Positions 37,101 to 50,412 of a DNA stretch of 64,000 nt are shown piece by piece (the stretch's first letter is position 1; every line of letters starts with the position of its first letter). The notes below the pieces were generated by a model. The model saw only the letters and a program-made list of their open reading frames with translations. It was not told where the DNA came from and did not search any database. The DNA is from Lama glama. Its lineage: Eukaryota. The translations under genes were made by a program, and so were the position numbers. Where the stretch lies: positions 21,700,001 through 21,764,000 of the forward strand of contig CM052825.1 of NCBI GenBank assembly GCA_028534125.1, read 5' to 3'.

Positions 37101-40100
37101 CTGGAAAGACAAGAGTCGAGGCATGAGAGAGGAACCCTGCTCTGGTCCCTACTCTGATAAAGATGTCAAATGGCCTTTGTGTTTGTTAAACATGAATCAG
37201 CATGTTCTCAGATCCCTATATAAACGTATTTAAGTTGGAGAATCACATAAGAAGGTCTACTGGGTTAATGAGGAAAGAGCTGTGGGTTGCCTGCTGCTTC
37301 CATAAGTAGACATCCATCCAGGATGTCAGTTATCCCCAGGTGACACAGCAGCTAAACGGGGTCTGCCAGTGGCACCCTACCAGTAAACACTGCCACTGAA
37401 GGAAAACTATTATCTAGCCTAAACCCTTTTTTCCTTACAGATGAAGAAACCAGGGTTAAGATTTACCCAGCCTGTAAATTCTCACCTCTAGTATTTGCTT
37501 ATCATCTTGCTGCAACCAGAAATCCACATGGGGAAATGGCATCCAGGAATACGGTCCTATACGAAGTTGTTCTGTCTTTGCATCGTAAATACTAATCATC
37601 TAAAAAAGAACATTTTGAGGATGGAATTTAAGGAATGTTAATGCTTACACCCTACCTTTTAGTGCAAACTCCAGTGCAGTCTTGAAGTTAAGACATTTTT
37701 CTTGATGATAAGCTTCTTTCTAATTTTGTCTCATAACAAAAGCTGCTACTTCCAGCATGTCTATACTGCACTTTGTGGGTAATATAATCACTTTGTTTAG
37801 TCCTAACAAGAGTCCTGCAGGAGGATGGCATTTTTCCCATTTTGGTTGGAAACCCAAAGCTCAGAGAGGGCACACTGCCCACGTTTCCAGGAAGCATCAG
37901 AGCAGGGCCACAAACCCAGGTGTGTCTGACTGAAGTCCATGTTCCTCGCTGCTACATCAAACACGGCCTCATTATGCACACCCCAAGTAACCTTGGAACT
38001 GAAAAGTACACATGCCTGATGCCCCATCAAAGGAAAGGAAAAACCAATTTGTAAAACTGTTAATTTGCCAAAGGATCAATTCCCTGAATTCTTAAATTTG
38101 CCAGTGGTTAAGTTTTCAGCTTAACCAGCAATGTTCAATTTCGGTTACTGAGACTGAAATATGTTCTGAATCTTAGCTAAATCAAGGCTATTATGCTCCT
38201 TGAGAGATTGCAGAAGGAATCCTAAAAATGTTAAAGGGTTGGCAAAATGGACCACTCTGAGTCTGAACATTTTTGAACGAAAATGTCAGCATTTCACAAG
38301 TGAGCACATTTTTTTGGGTGCTCTGAATGCGGTTTCTATTTTCACACTGAGCATTTTTAAAGGACTCTTTCACCCACTCCTTAAACAGTGCGTAAATCTT
38401 AGGTTTTTACTTTTCTAACTTAAAATGAAGGTGTTACTTATTAAAAAGCACCCTAAGGACATCGGACTTTTAAACTGAGCCTGACTATTCTTTGGAGTTA
38501 ATCAGTTCATCCCAGCACACTGCTCTTCAGGGACCTGGCCCAGAGGAGTGCATGGTCCCAGGTGCGGACGGGAGAAACCTCTTCCCCCTTCCTAGCGCTC
38601 CTTTCTTTGTGGGACCGTCAACGCCAATGTTCTTATAGCATCAGAGGGGTTCGTTCTGCCTGACTCTGGACGCTGGGGGTTCACAGTACCTCCCCAAACC
38701 TTCTAAGGCAGAGAACTGGGGTCCTGAGTATATAACCTAAAACATCCATCATTCTTCTACACGTGTTGTAAGTAGGTGGTGGTTCCTGTTAAGGTACAGC
38801 TTCAAAGAAGCTGACAAACTTTTCATTTCTAAGGTCTGTAAAACTTGAGGCTTTGCAGTTTGACACTCCCTATTTTTCACTTAACCCTGTAACACAAAGA
38901 TAACATGAAACTCACTGGTCCGCCTGTTAAAGCTCGTGCTGCGCGCAGCTCCTCCTCCGGACCTCGGTCTTGGAAGGAGGCTCTGTAGATCTCTGCAGTT
39001 TTAACGTTGACAGCTGTGAGGGACGACAGAATAGCTTCGAACTGACGACTGCCACAAACGGAAAGTTGGCCCAGTCTTACACTCCTCCCACCACGCGTGC
39101 AGAACATGGACGAGTCTCCCCAAAGAGAGAAAAGTGGAAACTGAACAAAGTTACTCTGATGTGTCTATAGAATCTCCCTGGAAAGGGAAAGAGCCAAGCA
39201 GCTCACTGGAAGCAGATGAGGCCTGAGCTGGACCAGGTAAGACCTGGATCCACACCAAGGGCCGCCCCACACGGGAAGTGCGCCATCTCTTCAGACAGCG
39301 TGTGGCAAAGCTTCCCTGACGGGCCCGTGACGGAACATGGCTGCAAACGTGGCCTGGGATCGTGGCCAAGTCTAGTGTTTGTGTTTCAGTTTTTACTATT
39401 TCAGACACAAAATACAGAGAATAAAGCAATGAACACTGGTACACCTTCCCCCCGGGTAAATAAATCAAATGTTACAGATCTGGTGGAAGCCCTCTGTAAA
39501 GACAGAGGCTGGCCTCACCCTGTTACAGCCTCGGGAGTCCTAGGGGCTGTCACAGAAGGGAGGAAGGAAGGTTCTGGGTTTCCTTTAGCCTGATGGCTTC
39601 ACACTTTCCTTTGTAGGATCTTTGTTCTCAGTCAAAACCTTACCTGGTTCCTGATGTAGGAGAAGATTCAAACACCGCGCTCCAGCCCCCAGAGCACTGG
39701 CTGGGGGACAGCTGCACGGGCCGCTCGGGGCAGCAGAGACCACTGACACTCAGCTGTCCCCTAACCAGGGGTGACGCCTAAGCTTTCTACTTGCCACCTT
39801 GTTTCCCCTTCACAGTCTCCAGAAGTGGGCATTTTCTCTGTTTCATAGATAAAGGTTAGGGAAAGTAAGCTACTTGCCAGGGTCGCCCAGCAAATACACA
39901 GAGGAGCCAGGATTTGGGCCTAAGACTGTGACATTCTGACAGCAGTGGGCACCACAGAGCCTGCCCGTCACTGTGTGACTGGCCTCCAGCCCTCCAATCA
40001 ACAGGCTATACTTACCAATGCCATAAATTACCGGAAAGTGGTTTTCATTTTCTTCCCGGTCATTTAATTCTAAGAAATAAAAAAAATTTTAGGATCTAAT

Positions 40101-43100
40101 TTTTAAGAAATACTAAACAACTGCTTTCATCGTCTAGAAATAGAGGCCAAGAAGGCGCCCCACTGCAATGGGGGGTAAATCCAGAATGGGAAAGGGACAG
40201 TGCTCCTGCCTCCCCGCAGCGTCCCCGAGCAGCCAGGTTATGGTGAACACACGGCCTCTCCAGAGTCCGAGCCTCTCCGCCGTCTACACGCAAGGGAGCG
40301 CCTCCTCTCGGGTCTGGCCCCTTCCCCTCCCAGGAGTACAGAGGCGCCCTCGAGAATCCCAAGGAAGGGGGACAGAGGAGTTGCACTCAAGGTGGGTCAG
40401 GATCTCAACTGACGTGGAGCAGGATTTGGACATTGGGAAGGGCGGGGAAGGCCGCCCAGCGATGGGAAAAGCCAGGAGGAGGCAGTAAAGCAGCAACAAA
40501 CTACTGCCTACAACTAAGGCCTGGCTGCTGGGTCCTGCTTTAAGGGCTGCTTTAAGGGCGAGGGCAAAACGTCCCTGAAACACACAGATGTGCTTTGGGA
40601 AAGACGGCCGAACTTACCTGTCACACATAATGTCACTAAGTGAATGTCATCTTCTTGTCTGTCAAATTCACCTATGATGGAATTTAAAAACTGGTGTCAA
40701 AAAAGTTCCTTTAATTAGAACATATGCTGAACAAGTCAAGAAGGGGACGGAGGTGGGATCCACTACCTTGTCAAGCACCCCTGGCCCACGTATCAGAGGC
40801 CAGACTCCTGGGAACTGACCCACGGAACCCTGCCCACCACGTGACACACGCTCTCCTAGCCTTAAGCCCAAAAGGAAACTTCGACCAAGGCTTTCCATTT
40901 TTCTCTGCATTCTGAGACGTTGGGAGGGAAAAACATGACTCCTGGGATTTTCACTCATTTCCTGAAGAACTTCTTTTCCTGATTATCAGTCATAGAAAAT
41001 TTGATCATTATGAAAAATTTGGAAAACACAGGAGAGTACAGGAACATGGGGGGTTTTAATGGTGTAAGTATATGGGCTTTTAATGCCCACAATCCTAGAG
41101 GCTAACATTCAGTGCACTTCCCGCCATATTTTTCTGTGCACAGCTGAACTCAGATACCATGCAGACAATTTTATATCCTGATTTTCTGTACATATGTATT
41201 CTCCCATGTAATTCAAAGTGCTTCATAAATATTATTTTTTAACAGCTACATAATTATTCCTCCACTAATGGACATTAGATTATTTCCTCTTCTAAATAGT
41301 GACCAACTGCTCATCTTTGGGCATACCTCCACGCACATTACAGATTATTTTCTTAGACTAGATTCCCAGAAGGGGAATTACTAGGTCAAAGATAGAGACC
41401 ATGATACCAAATGGCTTTCCCGACAGGCTGCACCGTAAGTATGTTCCAGTGCTGCAGGAACACACTTCCCTCACTGCCTCACGGTTAATCACAGAACATC
41501 ATCTTTTTTTTTTCCTTTTTACTTGCTAATTTAACAAGGAAAAAATGGTGTTATCAGTGTTTTAATTTTCTGCTGACTAAAATGGACATTTCTGCACCAA
41601 GGGTGGTATGGTTTTTGCACAATTCACAGCGTTGGATATTCTGGAAGGCATTGACTGCTGCTGGCAGAATCCTGTCCCCAACCCACCAGCTCCAAACAGC
41701 TAGCTCTTTGGTCTTCAGTCTTTATGAAAGATTCCAAGCTGAGCAGTTTGTGTGGCTCCAAGCAGATGTGCCCCTCGAGGATTTTGTACGAATTGGAATT
41801 TTTATCCAAGCAAAGGCAGGTACATGTTTTCATCAAATTTGAGAGAAAAAGTGAACTTACTAAGAAGCTGATGAGTAAGCTTTTGTGACAACTGCCTGTC
41901 GTCACTGAAGCCTCCCACGAGGTGCACCTCCAGCCTGGCAAAGAGACGGGGTGGTCAGAGGCCAGACAACATGGTGACAGCGTGTGCCGGCTTTGCTTTG
42001 AATTTTGGCTCCTGGCTTCCACGACCCCTCACTCCACGGTGGCACTTCCAGGCCCACGGACCATGTACAAGGTACTGGTGTGGCGCAATGGGCAGGGGCG
42101 AGGCTGCCGAGGCTGGGCAAGTTTCTGGGACCCCGCCCGGGTGGCCTAGGGCCAGGGGAATCATGCCTCAGCACAAACATGATGCCACCTCCACGCAGAG
42201 GGCGAGGAAGCTGCTCCAGGAGATACGGCCGTACGTATCATACTACAGACCCACCCCCAGTGGGGCTCTTCCAAAACCTCTCAGATGCCTCAGCCTAACA
42301 GAGCAGGGTGTTGACCGGAAAGGGTTCCGGGCCGTCCTGTAGGGGGCTGACTAGGCCCGTCACAGGCAGCATCTCCGTGACCGTCCAGCATCTGGGAGAG
42401 ACGGGTTATCATCTCTGTTTTATGGAGAAGGAAATGGGTCTGTTTCTAAAGCAAATGATAATCTATGACACCAGCTTTGCCCAAAGCGTGTCCCCCTGAA
42501 CGTCAGCCATGTGAGACAGGAAAAACTGCTCTTGGGGTCAAGTAAGCCTGGGAAACCTCGCCTGCTGTCACCCCTGCAGCGAGTCACGGTGCACAGAGCG
42601 GGCTCCGGGAAGCCCTGCCACTGAAAACACCACACTGACTTTGTTGCCCTGAGGTTCCCACGCTCACCCCTCTGCTAACCCCTGTCCTCGGCCTCCGACA
42701 ACCCGGGGACCAGAGCTTTGGAAAGTGTGGCCAGATTTCACACTCGCTTCTGCTGACAAAATCCTGCTGAGGAGTGAACCAGAATCTTCTGCGTAAGCAG
42801 CACAGGGGAAAGCATCGAGGGGCCTCATGATCTCTCTGTGAACAGACCTGGGATCTGTCACAACCGTGCTCTGAGAACCGTGAGTGGGGCCCGCGGCCGA
42901 GTCCAGCCCCGTCACCTGCAGGCCCAGCCGTCTGGCGACAGCACAGGTCACAAGACCATGAAGATGGCCCAGCCTGTTGCAGGCCTGGCAGGAGCAGAGT
43001 TAAATTTAAAAACCGATCTGTGTTACACCAGCGAAACTCTGACAGAGAGGCTATTTTTTATAACCCCTGGATTCTAAGAACCTGCATATCATTGGACTAG

Positions 43101-46100
43101 TTCCTTCACGGCTGCCTAAGACGTCAAATGAGGAGAGAGCGACGCCTGCCAAGCCCACCCCCGGCGCAGGGAGTGGAGCGTCGTGGGGCCTGAGCCCTGG
43201 TCGGGCGGCCAGGCCGGCCTCAGGGGCCCCGCTCCACTAGCTGTGTGACCCCGCGGCTCAATCCCGGGCCGGCACGAGGGAAACAGAGGTGGTCACGCTT
43301 TGCGTAACCACTGAGAGGGTCAGACGTCAGCTTTTGTACAGAATCCACGACACCTAAAACTGCACCCCTCCCTCCCCAGCCACCCCCGGTTCCTCCCCCG
43401 CCTTGTTTTTCTCCATAGTCCCTGCCACCCTTTAACACCCTGTTTTGCTTACTGACTGTCTCCTTGCTTCAGAGTAGGGGCACCTCGGGGGCAGGTTTCT
43501 GTCTACTCTGTTCACTGGCACCTGCAACATGTTCTAGTCCACAGGAGACGTTCAACAAACAACTACTGAAGGAATGAAGACTCCCCAGCTGGCAGCGGAA
43601 CAAGGCAACACCCAGCACACAAACAGCTAAGAGCACATCACTGAGAATAAACCTGCAGGTTGGAGGCCGGCCCTTCCGTCCACCACCCGCCCTGTCTCCG
43701 GCCCAGCCCCACCACCCATTCGTCCGCTCAGCAGCTGCAGGCGAGGGGCCAACACTGTGCCACTCCTGCTCAAGGGGACAGGACGGCCACTGTGCTGGTG
43801 ACACTCGGCGCTGCTGGAACAGCTTCCGCGGCTGTTCCCTCCGCACAACAGTGCCAAGTTCCCAAATCCCAAAACGCAGATGCGCGGCGCTCACCTTCCA
43901 CACTGAGCGTGGTCGGAGAAGGATTTTATGGCGTTCATGATCAAGGGGACCTCAGCTTTGGTGTCGGTTCCGTCGCAGTGTGTCAGGCAGGTGGCCCCAT
44001 TACCTGAAGAACAAGGGTGAGATGCCTCACGTTACTCCCGATGGGAACGTGGCGAGCCGGCCAAGTCGCCGCCGTCCGCCGCCACAGCCGCCGCCTCGTC
44101 CCTGAACGGCCTGTAAGAAGGAAAAACAGAGACGTCTGTGCTGCCCAGCCAACCCGTCTGACCGGGGCCACAGGGAGGTACCATGCAGACCGCAGGCGAG
44201 GTGAGCAGAGCCAGGTCTCAGACAGGACCCCCAGGAAGCTCGAATCGAGAATGAATGGCCCCACGTGTTGGGTCAGTGTCAGTCATGGTTTCCTTCATCT
44301 CTCCCACCGTACCTGTGTGCCTCAGGACCACAATGTGACAAGTGGTGGCATCATCAGAACCCAGAATGGAGATGGAGCCTGTTTAAAAAAGAAATAGAAT
44401 AAAATATCCAATAGNNNNNNNNNNNNNNNNNNNNNNNNNNNNNNNNNNNNNNNNNNNNNNNNNNNNNNNNNNNNNNNNNNNNNNNNNNNNNNNNNNNNNN
44501 NNNNNNNNNNNNNNNNNNNNNNNNNNNNNNNNNNNNNNNNNNNNNNNNNNNNNNNNNNNNNNNNNNNNNNNNNNNNNNNNNNNNNNNNNNNNNNNNNNNN
44601 NNGACTGAGTCACTAGAGAGGTGGAGAGAGCCACGTGTGCCCTAAGTGGGAAGCACACACTCGCAGGGTCTGAAGTGTGCGTGTATCCGACAGGACGGCG
44701 AGCACGGAGCAGCAGGAGCTACGTGTGGACCAGCGCGCAGGGAACAAGGAGCTCTGCTCTTTCTCCACCCGATAAAACAAAACTCTGGTACCTATGAAAT
44801 GAGATGCAAAACCCTCTTTCACCGTTCTTTATTAGAGATACGAGACGCCTGACCATTTCGCAGTCATAAAGAGAAACGGATTATAGAGACTAGCGGGTTC
44901 TCTTCACGACCCTCTTCACTTTCTTTAGAAGAAGAGGGGTCGGACCTTCCCTGCCCCCAACCTACTCATCCCTCCTCTGGAAATCTGTACTGTGGGACTG
45001 ACCCAAAATGCGCTCAGCCCGGCGTCACCGAGAATGGCAAAAAACTGGGGACAACGACAGAAAGGTAAGCAAATTATGCAGAACCAACTCACAACTGCTA
45101 ACTGCACTGTCATGAAAAATGAAGACCGTGGGAAAAGAGGTCAGAAATGTATGCAGAAGAGCAAGATACAAGAGCGTAAAAAAAAAATTTTTAAGCTATA
45201 AATATGCTACTAATACAACAATGCTGAAGTGCAGGAAAAAACACTGGAAGGAAATTCACCAAAATAGCCATGACTGGGTCAGAGCAGGGCCAGCTCGAGT
45301 CTGTTAACTGTATCTGTTGTCCGCTCTCTGGTCCCTAAATGTTCTACGATGTGATTATGTTATAAAAGTAGAAAACCAAAAATTAGCAAGTGTATGAAAA
45401 GGATAGGTTAATATTAGGTGTCAAAATGCTGACCAATTGAATGTTTGTGCAAATTCTTAATGTAGTAATCCTGGAAAAAAATCTTCAGGTGGCAAATTCT
45501 TTAATGAAAACTAAATTAAACTTTGTTTTTTCAAAACTGTTAAATTGATACATCACTAAAATGTAGCGCAACTTCCTTCTTACTTGCAACAAATAAAGTC
45601 CTCAATACACAAATCCCTATCCAAGTGTGTGAATTCAGTGCACGCATGAACCATCCAGACTGCAGAACCTTCTCAAAGTCTCACACTGGCTTCAGGCCAC
45701 TCCTGACGCCGGTGCTAACTTAGGTTAGCGCTTGCTTAACAGAACACAAGAGATGTAAAAGAACGAATGATCTGCTTGATGAGTTATGCAGGGTTCTCTG
45801 TTAATAGTCTTCCATGAATTGGAAGCAAGGCAGCAGTTACAATGAGACCAGCCCCTCCACGTAAGAAAGGAACTAAGGACTGAGCGAAAGGCAGTGTGAG
45901 ATGGGACGGCTGGGCCGCTGTGCTGCGGAGTCGGGGGAGAAGGATGAGGCCAACTGTTCAAAACCTCGGAACACCTCGTATCAGCAATTTTCATCTTCAT
46001 ACCACTTCTCACCTTGAATTCAAAATGAGATAAAGGAGAATGCAGAATTCCCTTTTTATTATTCCTTTAACACTTACCATTTTGGGGGGTTTTTTTGTTT

Positions 46101-49100
46101 TGTTTTGTTTTCAGTTTTTTGATTCTTCTGGGGGAGGGGGAGGAAGGAGGCAAAGCAAATTTTTACTGCACATTTCACAACTGGGTCACCACCCAAAAGC
46201 AAAGCTATTTCTGAGAAACGAATTATTGCTCGTGTATCCAAGACCAAAAATCATGTCTCTCATTGACACAGCTCCTACTGGTTTCCCAGAGAAGCAGAAG
46301 CACGAATTGTCAGGAGAGAAGGGCACCAAAGTGGAAGCAGCACGTTGCTTTGGGCTTTCACTTTAAGAAATGAAAAGAAGGTTAGCCAAAGTTCTCCCCT
46401 GTGGAAAAACACAGTCCTACTTTATAAACTCACATCCTTTCTGAAATAAAAGTACCTCCAGTTTTCTCAACTTTTTTTATTCTCTGGACACCAAGATTCA
46501 CTAAAAAATATCTTTTCCCTCAGTCTCTACCTGCTACCGGCCATCCTCGTTTCCCAGTCCCAAGCCAGTGACACTGCTCCTAACCCTGGGGTCAGCACAC
46601 TCGTCTCAGAAAAGGGCCAGACAGTAAATATTTTGGGCGTTGAGGCTCCTCAGCTCTGCTGCTGTATGTGAAAGCAGCGTGGACAACACGTAACAAAGGG
46701 CTGGGGCAGTGTTCCCAGCAAACTATTTACAGGTGACACTGAATTTCATATGATATCATACAATTTCACTTGTCACAAAGTATTCTTTCGACTTTTTTTC
46801 CTCCACCATTTAAAGATGTAAAAAAGCACTCTTGGCTGGTGGGTTATCCACAAACAGGATCTGGCCGGCGGCTGTAGCTGGTTGACCCGTGTTAACCCAC
46901 CGCTGAGCTGTAGCCCAGAGGACGCCGCATGTCCCCTACCCCTGCTGCCACACTCTGCCAGTTCTTCCTGCAAACAGTGGTGTGTGAGAAATCCCCACCC
47001 GCTGCAGCTCTCAGAACTGAGCCTTCTTTCCCACCCTCACCGGTGCAACCTCATCTCAGCCCTTTATTCTTGCACATCTAAATTCACGCAGCATAAGCAC
47101 ACACGGGCGGGAAATACAGAGCAGGACGGGGCCTCCCCTCGAGTGAGTGGCCCCAGGTGTAGGGCCGAGCCTCTGTGCTTAGTCCCCTCTGGGAAACCGG
47201 GATGAGGCCATCCACTCCCTGGGTTGTGTGACAATTAACTGAGCAGGTCTGAAGGGGCTGACTGTCACCATTCCCCACCTCTGCTCCCTGACCTGACCGC
47301 CCCCCACCCAGGTCTCCCCTGCCCGCTCTAACCTCCCTGCTGGCTGCCAGCATCATTGCTTCGAAACACTGATTTTGTTACATCACTTTTCTGCTCAAAA
47401 AAACCTTTCTGAGGAATAATTCCAGGGGTTTATAAAGATTTAGCTCTGTGAATGTTCATAATGGTGCAAGAGCATAAATATCTTGAATGCTTAAAAGCAG
47501 GAACTAAGTTCCATGGAATTCCACAGAACCAGTTCACACGGTGTTGCAGAACTGGTTTCAGAGCATCCAGGGACTGCTTAAGAGTGAAGGCTCCCGACGG
47601 CACCGTCCAAAGGCACTTTCTGCAGTGATGGCAACGGTCTGTGTCTGCCTGACTCACACAGGAGCCACTGGCCACACGTGGCCGTTAAGTACTTGACATG
47701 TGGCTGGTGTGACTGAGGAGCTGATTTTTAAATTTTATTGAATCTTAATTAACTTAAATGTAATAGCCACATGTGGCCAGCAGCTACAGTACTGAGCAAC
47801 AGAGCTCGAGGCAAGGCACTCTGCCAGGGTTCGACCCAGGCTTCACCGCTCACAGGATGTGGGACCCTGGGCAGCTTGCTTCACCCCTGCGCCCCACGGT
47901 CCCCACCTGTCAAACAGGAACAGCAGCAGCAGTGCTTCCTAGGCTGGGACTCTCTCACTGTCATGTCAGCACTGTCTTATGCTAGGCATGGCTATGGACA
48001 GGCTTGTAACTGCTCGTACCGCATACTCACTGCCTCCTCTTACATGAAAAAGACATTATAAAACAGAATATAAAGAATGCTATCATTCAAAAAAGCATAT
48101 CATATACCAAGAGAAACCTCTGTAAGGTTATTTACCAAAATGTGAAAAAATGGCTGTGGTTACAGATTCTTTTTCCCTCTTTTTGAGATTTATACTTTCT
48201 CTTTTCTTACCAAGGGGACAGACACACTACTTACTACAAAAGAAGAATTAAACCTTTCATTTTTCCACACTGCGTACCAGTTGAAAGAACCACCTAACCC
48301 TTGCAACCTGGATACAACCGACCTCTCCCGGCTTATCTTCCACTCCTCCCAACCTCTCTCTCCCCACCAGGGACACCGGCCAGTCCACCCACCGCAGGGT
48401 CCTTGCCCTCCTGCCCAGGGCACACAAAGCACAGTCCAGCTTGCCCCAGTAGACCGCCCCCCATCTTCCTTAGACTGTTGAAGCCAGAAGTGACCCCCCT
48501 CCACGTTCCTGTAATGCAAATTGGTCCCCACTACACAGCCTTTCTAGGCCCTGTCTCCCTATATAGGCCAAACCTTCCTTCAAGAGGGCCAGCCACCCCC
48601 GTACCTCACCTAATTCCCCCTCTCCCCGCACTTAGGGTGCTGCTTGAGATGCTGATCTTTCTAACTTTTTATCACAGGAACATTCAAACAGACATAAAAA
48701 CAGTACGTCACCTAAATTCTTTAAGCAGCTGAATTTTTTTTCCCTTGGTGAGTCCTGCTCCCAACTCCCTACCCTGCTTAATGGTGTGGCAGTGACATCT
48801 AACAAGGAAAGTGCTTAAAGCGATGCCTTGGTGTCTGCGAGGTGCCCAGTAGGTGTTGGCTAATACTACTATTGTTTTCTTGAAATGCAAGTTGAGAATC
48901 ACAGAGTTGTCCCCTTTTCCCCTTCAGGAACACCTCCTCACCCTTCGGGTCATTTTCAGGGGTCATTCTGCTCTCTACTGATTTGTGCAACAAATATTTA
49001 CAGAGTGCAGATTCACTGCCAGGGTCTGCCCTAGGCTCTGAGGATACAAAGCAAAGACACATACTCTGTGTGCCTTCAGGAAGCTTACCTTCTAAGGGAG

Positions 49101-50310
49101 AGATCATTGGGAAAAAAAAAAACAAAAAACAAAAAACAAGTATGCAGACCAAATCATTACACACTGTGCCATGACAGAAGAAACCTTAAGAATACCTTCC
49201 CTAAGCCTATAGACTCAGTCAGGTCCCCTGCTTCACACTGTTGAGTGAAAGGGATTTTTCTTTTTTTTCCTTTGTAACACTTAATTAACAGTTTATGGTA
49301 TTCGAGACACTCTGTGATTAAACACCAACCCCCCCCCCCCTTGTAAATGCCCTGATTGGAGGGATAGAGGCAAACGCCATACCCAGCAGAGGCTCAACAA
49401 GGGTTTAAGGGTATCTCTTACATCAATGAAATGATTGATTCCTCCATAAGTGGATCTGGAGCAAGTGGGAGGTTTGGTCCCGATTTTTTTTTTTTTAACA
49501 GTAAGAACTCTTTCCCAGAGACTCTGCATAAGTTATGGAATTAAGAGTTCAGAGGTCTATCTCAGGACAAAAGCAGAAAACAAAACAAAACCCTTCCATC
49601 AGGGCGTGGTCCTCAACAAGGCTCAGCTGGGGAAAAGCAGGGCCTTTTTTTTTCTGGTTAAAAATAACCGGAAGACCCATGCTCCGATGGGAGGGGGTAG
49701 AAGGCTAGGGGACCCGCCAGGATGCCCCTGCCCAAACGCCGTCGAAACCTACCCTGGAACAACCTCCTTGCCTCCGGAGACCCCAAGGACGATGCCCCGT
49801 TCACACGGGTGGGGATCCCGGGCGAGGGAGCGAGCAACGGCGCTGCTCAGATTTGCCTAAATAGACCAAGTGCAGATTGGGGATTGAGACCACCCTGTCC
49901 TGGAAGAGGGGTTTCCGGACTGTCCTCAAGCCGCGGTGCTGGGCGACCTTGGGCAAGTCGCCTAACCTCTCTGTGCCCCCGTTTCCTCTTCTGGGAAAGA
50001 GAGGCCTCAACAGATGCCCTCTAAGGTCCAAAGAAGGTAGTAAGATGTCCCAAACGAGAGTCGGCTGCCGGCGGCCCGAGCTCCGGATGTGCCGACAGCA
50101 CCTCAGCTGCGCCAAGTTTAGAGTCTCATTCGGGGGGAGCGGGTGGTGGCTGCGGGGTGAGGAGAGCTCTCGCCCGCCTGCCCGTCCCCTCGGGCCCGCC
50201 TCGAAACACCCCTCCCGGGCCCTGCTCACCTCCAAAAGCGGGTGGGCTCGGACGAGGTCCCCGGCGGACTGCGGCAGCCGCACTCGCCGCCCCTCTACGA
50301 GCAGCGGCAT
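36921..50310 (-). CDS. NTAN1: NTAN1, protein N-terminal asparagine amidohydrolase (Arg/N-degron pathway); spliced CDS, exon 2 not visible
   Basis: Nine GT-AG exons encode MPLLVEGRRVRLPQSAGDLVRAHP...GSDDATTCHIVVLRH...THCDG...HLVGGF...WEKISSPGS*. Visible CDS is 830 nt; adding a 103-nt exon 2 gives 310 aa, the recalled orthologue length. Confidence 0.96.
37486..37599 (-). CDS. NTAN1: NTAN1 exon 9
   Basis: tttag|ATG...GAG|gtgag; MISIYDAKTEQLRIGPYSWMPFPHVDFWLQQDDKQILE. Confidence 0.95.
38916..39013 (-). CDS. NTAN1: NTAN1 exon 8
   Basis: cacag|CTGTC...CCA|gtgag; AVNVKTAEIYRASFQDRGPEEELRAARALTGGP. Confidence 0.95.
40016..40069 (-). CDS. NTAN1: NTAN1 exon 7
   Basis: cttag|AATTA...ATTG|gtaag; ELNDREENENHFPVIYGI. 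Confidence 0.94.
40618..40671 (-). CDS. NTAN1: NTAN1 exon 6
   Basis: catag|GTGAA...ACAG|gtaag; SEFDRQEDDIHLVTLCVT. Confidence 0.94.
41861..41934 (-). CDS. NTAN1: NTAN1 exon 5
   Basis: gccag|GCTG...CTTA|gtaag; RLEVHLVGGFSDDRQLSQKLTHQLL. Confidence 0.95.
43895..44003 (-). CDS. NTAN1: NTAN1 exon 4
   Basis: ttcag|GTAAT...GGAAG|gtgag; GNGATCLTHCDGTDTKAEVPLIMNAIKSFSDHAQCG. Confidence 0.95.
44313..44378 (-). CDS. NTAN1: NTAN1 exon 3
   Basis: aacag|GCTCC...ACAG|gtacgg; GSISILGSDDATTCHIVVLRHT, containing the catalytic-Cys motif ATTC. Confidence 0.95.
44415..44602. other. Assembly gap (188 N), probably containing NTAN1 exon 2
   Basis: Run of N starting 36 nt upstream (minus strand) of NTAN1 exon 3. 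Confidence 0.95.
46586..46891. mobile_element. MER58-like hAT-Charlie relic
   Basis: Termini ggggtcagcacact...ggttgacccgtg; internal aagggccagacagtaaatattttgggc. Confidence 0.7.
47598..47803. mobile_element. MER3-like hAT-Charlie relic
   Basis: actttctgcagtgatgg...gccactggccacacgtggcc...ttaaattttattgaatcttaattaac...tagccacatgtggccag. Confidence 0.7.
50230..50310 (-). CDS. NTAN1: NTAN1 exon 1, coding part
   Basis: gcgATG...TTGGAG|gtgag; MPLLVEGRRVRLPQSAGDLVRAHPLLE. Confidence 0.95.
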
Positions 50311-50412
50311 CGCAGAGGCGGCCGCCCGGGCAGGCCCAGGGAGGCAGTAGCCTCCCCAGCCCCGGGCCGCCCGCCGCCCACGCCCTCGGGCCGCCCGCCG
50401 CGCCCCGCCCCG

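Noticed and set aside
44036-44110. In-frame 75-nt cassette exon in NTAN1 intron 3 using donor GGA|gtaacg
   Set aside because: The remaining intron would be only 32 nt, too short for normal spliceosomal removal
36921-50310. NTAN1 as a pseudogene
   Set aside because: All visible exons and splice sites are intact; the only missing piece coincides with an N-gap
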